Source: Klebsormidium nitens (Eukaryota; Plantae; Klebsormidiophyceae). Taken from it: a stretch of 64,000 nucleotides of DNA. Both the position numbers and the translations under genes were made by a program. Below, one piece after another: positions 59,995 to 64,000 of this stretch. How positions within the stretch are numbered: the stretch's first letter is position 1; each line of letters starts with the position of its first letter. Under the pieces are notes generated by a model. It saw only the letters and a program-made list of their open reading frames with translations. It searched no databases and was not told the origin of the DNA. The stretch is from assembly GCA_000708835.1 (NCBI GenBank), contig DF237459.1:1-64000 (forward strand), read 5' to 3'.

Positions 59995-62141
59995 ATGGGG
60001 CTTTACAACCGTAAGGACTTTGAAGACTTTCAACGGGACCTGCGGGCAGCGCAGGCAGCTGCAACAGCAGAACCCGCAGCACCAAGCTGTACAACCACGT
60101 CCGGGTCAAACGAGAAAGCGCAGGAGAGTCTCCACACGCCAGGCCACAGCAGAGACTTCTTGGCAGTAAGAAGCTCAGCTCCCTTCCATAAAGAGGTAAC
60201 ACGGTGTTATAGAGCTTCTCCATGTTTGTTTAGACAAGGCCGGGCACAAAGGCATGGATCATGCAGACCTGGGGGCTGCAGGTCCTCGTATGATCTCCGT
60301 CTAACACTCTGTTCAACTGGATGAACAGTAATCACACTTACCTTCTTGCAGGAAGGATTCGCAGAACTCCAAGCTGAAGTTGAGGCGGCGCCGGCTGCTG
60401 CCACTAGACGCCTGATCAAGGGCCAGCGAGTACTAAGAGAACAAGCGCCCGCCGGCCCTTTCAACGACGCTGACAACGGAGTATTGGCCGATCTTGTTGA
60501 AGAAACGGAACTGTACAATCATGTTCCACCGAAGGAAGCGCGCCGGCGAATCGTGCTTTCGCAAGAGCAGGTGCGTTATTTCCCTTCGTTAATTAAAAGG
60601 GTGATTTGCCTCTTTAGTTCACAGTTGTATTACCTTATTCACAACCTGGCAAGCGGATCTGGTAGGCTTGCTCTTAGTTTTCAAGCTTCAAGGATCTGAA
60701 AGCGCATGACCTCAGCCGTCACACCGTTTAGTGCGGGAGCTCGAGCTCTTTGTCAGCTGCAAAGAGATGCATCCAGTCTTGGGAAGGGCGCTTGAGACCT
60801 GTTGCAGACTGGATCCCCGCAAAAAATGCCTTTTAAATCGGAGAGTCGGACGTGAAGGTGTCTTGCAGCTCTATGCAGGATCCGTGCTGATCTCAGATGA
60901 CTTTGTCCGTAGAATATGCTGACAGCACAGCTTTCTGCATGCAAGGAGGACGACGGGGATTCGGAGCTCGACGACGGGATTGACCTGGAAAACAGCGAGG
61001 AAGAGTTTCGACCGAGAGCCCCCCAGCCATCCAGAAACATCCGAGGCGTGATCGATGACTCCCCAATTTCCGATGATCTTCACGCGCTGAGACAGATGGA
61101 CATCGAGTTGGACATCAGGACGGAGGCTGCGGCAAGCAGGGAGGGAGACTTCTTGGCCCAATTAGAAGCGAAGTACACTGAGAAGCGCACACAGTCCAAG
61201 GTGAGCTCGACCTGCAAACGGTGGTCATCCAGCTGCCCGAGTGGCCAGTTGCAGCTGAGTGCATGAGTGACAACTGACCTCAGACTGCACAACTTGCAGA
61301 GCATTAGCGGTTGCCAAACGGACACAAGTTTCTCGTTTCCCGATGTCTTTTGTAGCGGCCGGTTCTGTGAGTCCAACGTCACGAGATTGTCCACTCAAAG
61401 ACAGAGGCCCTTGAAGCCGATTGCAATTGCTTGGATGCAGATCTGGGTTCCCGACTGACAAAGTTGGCCGGGCCAACACAGAGACTAATCAACTTGGTTT
61501 ATACTTTGATTTCGATCTGGTCAAAGCTGACAACGAACAAACTTACTGAGTTCCAACATTCTTCGAATGCAGGAAACTAATGTAAGGCGGAAAAGGAAGC
61601 GGACAGGGGGCGATGATGATAGTGCAACGATGCCGCTTCCGGTGCGTGCCAACGAGGTTGAGGCTGGACAGGAACTTGACGTAAGCAACGCTTGAGAGGT
61701 TTCCGCAAGTGCAAACGTGCTTGTGCGAATCAAAGCCCGGGAGTAAAAGTTTCCTGAATGTATGTATTGACTCATCTTAGGGGATTTTTACTCCCAAGTT
61801 GGTAAGGCTTTCGTAGTGACGTCTGCTTAGATGACGAGCTGGTTTGAACGGGGCAGTGTTTGCTCCAAGTGAGCACGTCGACTGGTCGGTTTTGGCTATG
61901 TCTTCTTGCGTTATAACAACAGTTTTCCCGACTGGTTGCAGCCCGGGACTGATGCCGAATTCCGCCCAGGACCGCCAGGCTACCGCCGGGGTGAGGGGTC
62001 CAGCAATCCGAAGCCTCAAATGGTGAGCAGCTTCGAAGCCGGAGTTCTGGACTCTGCTTGCTTGCTCACTTGCCTGCCTAGTAGGTTCCTGCAAGCTACG
62101 GAGTGCTGGACAGGAGCGCCGATTTTCCAAAGCTGCTTTGA
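59995..62141 (+). CDS. Orphan acidic protein with a putative NLS (~311 aa, 6 exons)
   Basis: Exons 59995-60195, 60352-60570, 60931-61200, 61573-61680, 61942-62022, 62085-62141. All introns are GT-AG phase 0 and there are no internal stops. Contains RRKRKR and an acidic tract EDDGDSELDDGIDLENSEEE. The last two exons are uncertain. Confidence 0.58.
61739..61795. repeat. Palindrome unit A
   Basis: GGGAGTAAAA-(37 nt)-TTTTACTCCC, perfect 10-bp arms. Confidence 0.85.
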
Positions 62142-62210
62142 AGTCCGGAGGGATTTCTGATGATGGGCCTAAAGAATAGATCAGGCAAGAGATGCGGGAT
62201 CACCAGAACA

Positions 62211-62374
62211 GGGAGGAAAACGCCCTTCTAAGTATAGCAATTGACTTATCTCAAAGGGTTTTTACTCCCGACCCTTGAGACTAGAACGCTCAAATCCTGA
62301 AGGGCGCTGCAAGACAGGGAGCAAAAACTCTCCTAAAGTATAAGAATAAGTCCACTCAGGAAGTTTTTACTCCC
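62211..62374. repeat. Palindrome units B (62211-62269) and C (62317-62374)
   Basis: GGGAGGAAAAC...GTTTTTACTCCC and GGGAGCAAAAAC...GTTTTTACTCCC, both followed by GACCC. The spacers are AT-rich and alignable with unit A. Confidence 0.85.
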
Positions 62375-62413
62375 GACCCCCTGCCATACCTCCTCACACC
62401 GGACTGTCTCCTC

Positions 62414-64000
62414 ATGCAGGACACGTTCGGCCAGGGCTGGTTCTACAAGAAGGCCGAGGCGCTCGCATACCAGTCTGACAACGACCATGCGCTCATCGTT
62501 GCCAGTGACATCAGCGCCGGCAGCGGGGCCAAGAAATACACCAGCTTTGCTGACGTGGACGCTCTCGTTGCCTACCTGGAGTGCTTGCGGGCCAGCGAAA
62601 TCTCTCCGTGCCTCAACGAGTGCCTCGAACAAGACACCCCCTGCTTGATGTACTTCGACCTGGACTACTCCGTCCCGGCGCAGGCTGATGCCGACTTTGA
62701 GGAGCGCTCAGGGCACTTCTTCCAGGTTGCGCGCCGCTTCCTCAAGTAGGTCCTCGAGATTCCCCCTGAAGCAATCGCTTTCCAAATAGCCACGGCCCAC
62801 GGCCCGGCTGCTTCTGGAGACGGGTACAAGCACAGCTTGCACGCGTGCGTCCCAGGGTTCTACCTCACCGGCTGCAAAGCCCGTGCAGCATTTAAAAACG
62901 CCCTACAAATGTTCACTGCAAACCCTCCCGAGGACCTGCGGCGCAGCTGCGAGTTCCTCAGGTACCAAAAGGCGAACGGCAAAGAGGACTGCATCCTCGA
63001 CTTTGCTGTGTACGGGCGGGGCCAGCTGTGGCGCACTCTCTACTCCGAGAAGCTGGGAACGGGTCGCCCCCTCGTGCCATCAGTCGGCAGCTCGGACAAG
63101 GTGGAAGACCACCTGGTGGGCATCTACAGCACGGTCCCGACAGCGTCGGCGCTGAAACCGTGTTCGACCGACCTGCTGGTGGCATACACCCGGCCAGCTG
63201 GCGGCGCGCGCGCACGCGGGGAAAGCCAACGGCCCCAACCGAGGACTGCTGTGGCAATCCGAGCGCAGTATGCCGACGAAAGGCCCCAACCCGTCAGCCC
63301 ATTGACCCAAGTCGAATGCGACCGGCTGCTGAAGAGGTACCAGAGGGATCACCCTGGAGCTTCGATCGCTCGGGCTCCCGAGCATCTTGGTGGCACCATT
63401 TTTGCGGTGCACTTTGATGTTCCGGAACCGTACTGCTGGATTGCAGGGCGCGCCCACCAGTCCCCTGGCAACTCTTGTGGTTATCTGGTCTACGACAGGG
63501 CCCACCCATCAAAGGCCCTGTACCGCTGTCACGCTGGTGATTGCAGGTAAGCTGTCACGCGCCCTCAGATCAGCTCGTCACCAATTATTGCAGCAAAGCG
63601 TGCTTGCTTCGAATGTATTCAGAATTTGTCACGCGCCCTACTTCTGAAGAATGTGAAACACTTGCAAAGATGCTTAAGTTCGTTGCACGATCCTGGATCA
63701 ATTCCGAGCACGCGGCCAAGCTTTTGGTAAAGGTTCGCACGCAATTGAAGCATCCGTTCTTGATCGTTTGCAGTGGGACCGGCAGCCATGGCCAGAGACT
63801 CCAACGCGTTTTGCTTCTTGATGGGGACCACATCGAGAGCTGGACGGAAGAGTACGAGCTGGTTGGGCGGATGCGCGCATACCCTGTGCCCGATCTGAGC
63901 CCCGGCGCGACACCTCTCACGACGATGGTGATGGCCAACATGGGGGCCGGGAAATCAAAGGCGCTGTTGCAGAAGCTCCTTCCAAAGATTCCCCCGAGTG
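62414..64000 (+). pseudogene. AEP primase-polymerase + Zn finger + UL9/origin-binding-type SF2 helicase (3'-truncated by the window; one in-frame TAG)
   Basis: AEP motif I YFDLD, motif II KHSLH, motif III LDFAVYGRGQLWR; PrimPol/UL52-type Zn finger CWIAGRAH...YRCHAGDC. After a GTAAGC...TTTGCAG intron (63547-63773) the frame continues as WTEEY...MRAYP...MVMANMGAGKSK (Walker A). In-frame TAG at 62747-62749. Confidence 0.85.

Noticed and set aside
62726-62749. 24-nt GT-AG 'intron' that would remove the premature TAG
   Set aside because: Too short for spliceosomal splicing and would delete apparently coding residues.
63547-63593. Alternative 47-nt intron in the primase-helicase gene
   Set aside because: Also in frame, but the 63773 acceptor has a better pyrimidine tract and a more typical length; not excluded without cDNA. 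Either choice fuses the domains.
63733-63740. GTTCGCAC, matching the HSV UL9 box core
   Set aside because: A single 8-mer with no paired inverted site; expected by chance in 64 kb.

Overview
Intron-rich eukaryotic nuclear DNA, most likely from a streptophyte green alga of the Klebsormidium type. This assignment is inferred from plant-like gene families and GT-AG intron structure, not from a search. All gene models were spliced by hand. Left to right: tRNA-Gln(CUG) (-); mitochondrial ABC half-transporter ATM3/ABCB25 (+, 14 exons); bestrophin/UPF0187 channel (-, 7 exons); CbbX/SpoVK-type AAA ATPase (-); a coiled-coil + Kelch + FN3 protein (-, 14 exons); GlcNAc kinase (-, 6 exons); NSUN5/Rcm1 rRNA m5C methyltransferase (-, 11 exons). 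From about 54.5 kb onward is an accessory-looking block: a frameshifted MYND-finger gene, two orphan genes and, running off the right edge, an AEP primase-polymerase + Zn finger + herpes UL9-like SF2 helicase gene with one premature stop and a spliceosomal intron. Three highlights. (1) Pervasive, polarised 'exon echoes': introns contain serial degenerate copies of the neighbouring exon boundary, with acceptor halves upstream and donor halves downstream, and several copies differ from the live exon mostly at synonymous positions. (2) A candidate virus-like replicon: the primase/origin-binding-helicase gene is preceded by three homologous 57-59 bp palindromes (GGGAGnAAAA...TTTTACTCCC) with AT-rich spacers. 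(3) Two ~180 bp MITE-like elements share a G-rich, telomere-like core but have different, individually self-matching terminal inverted repeats.
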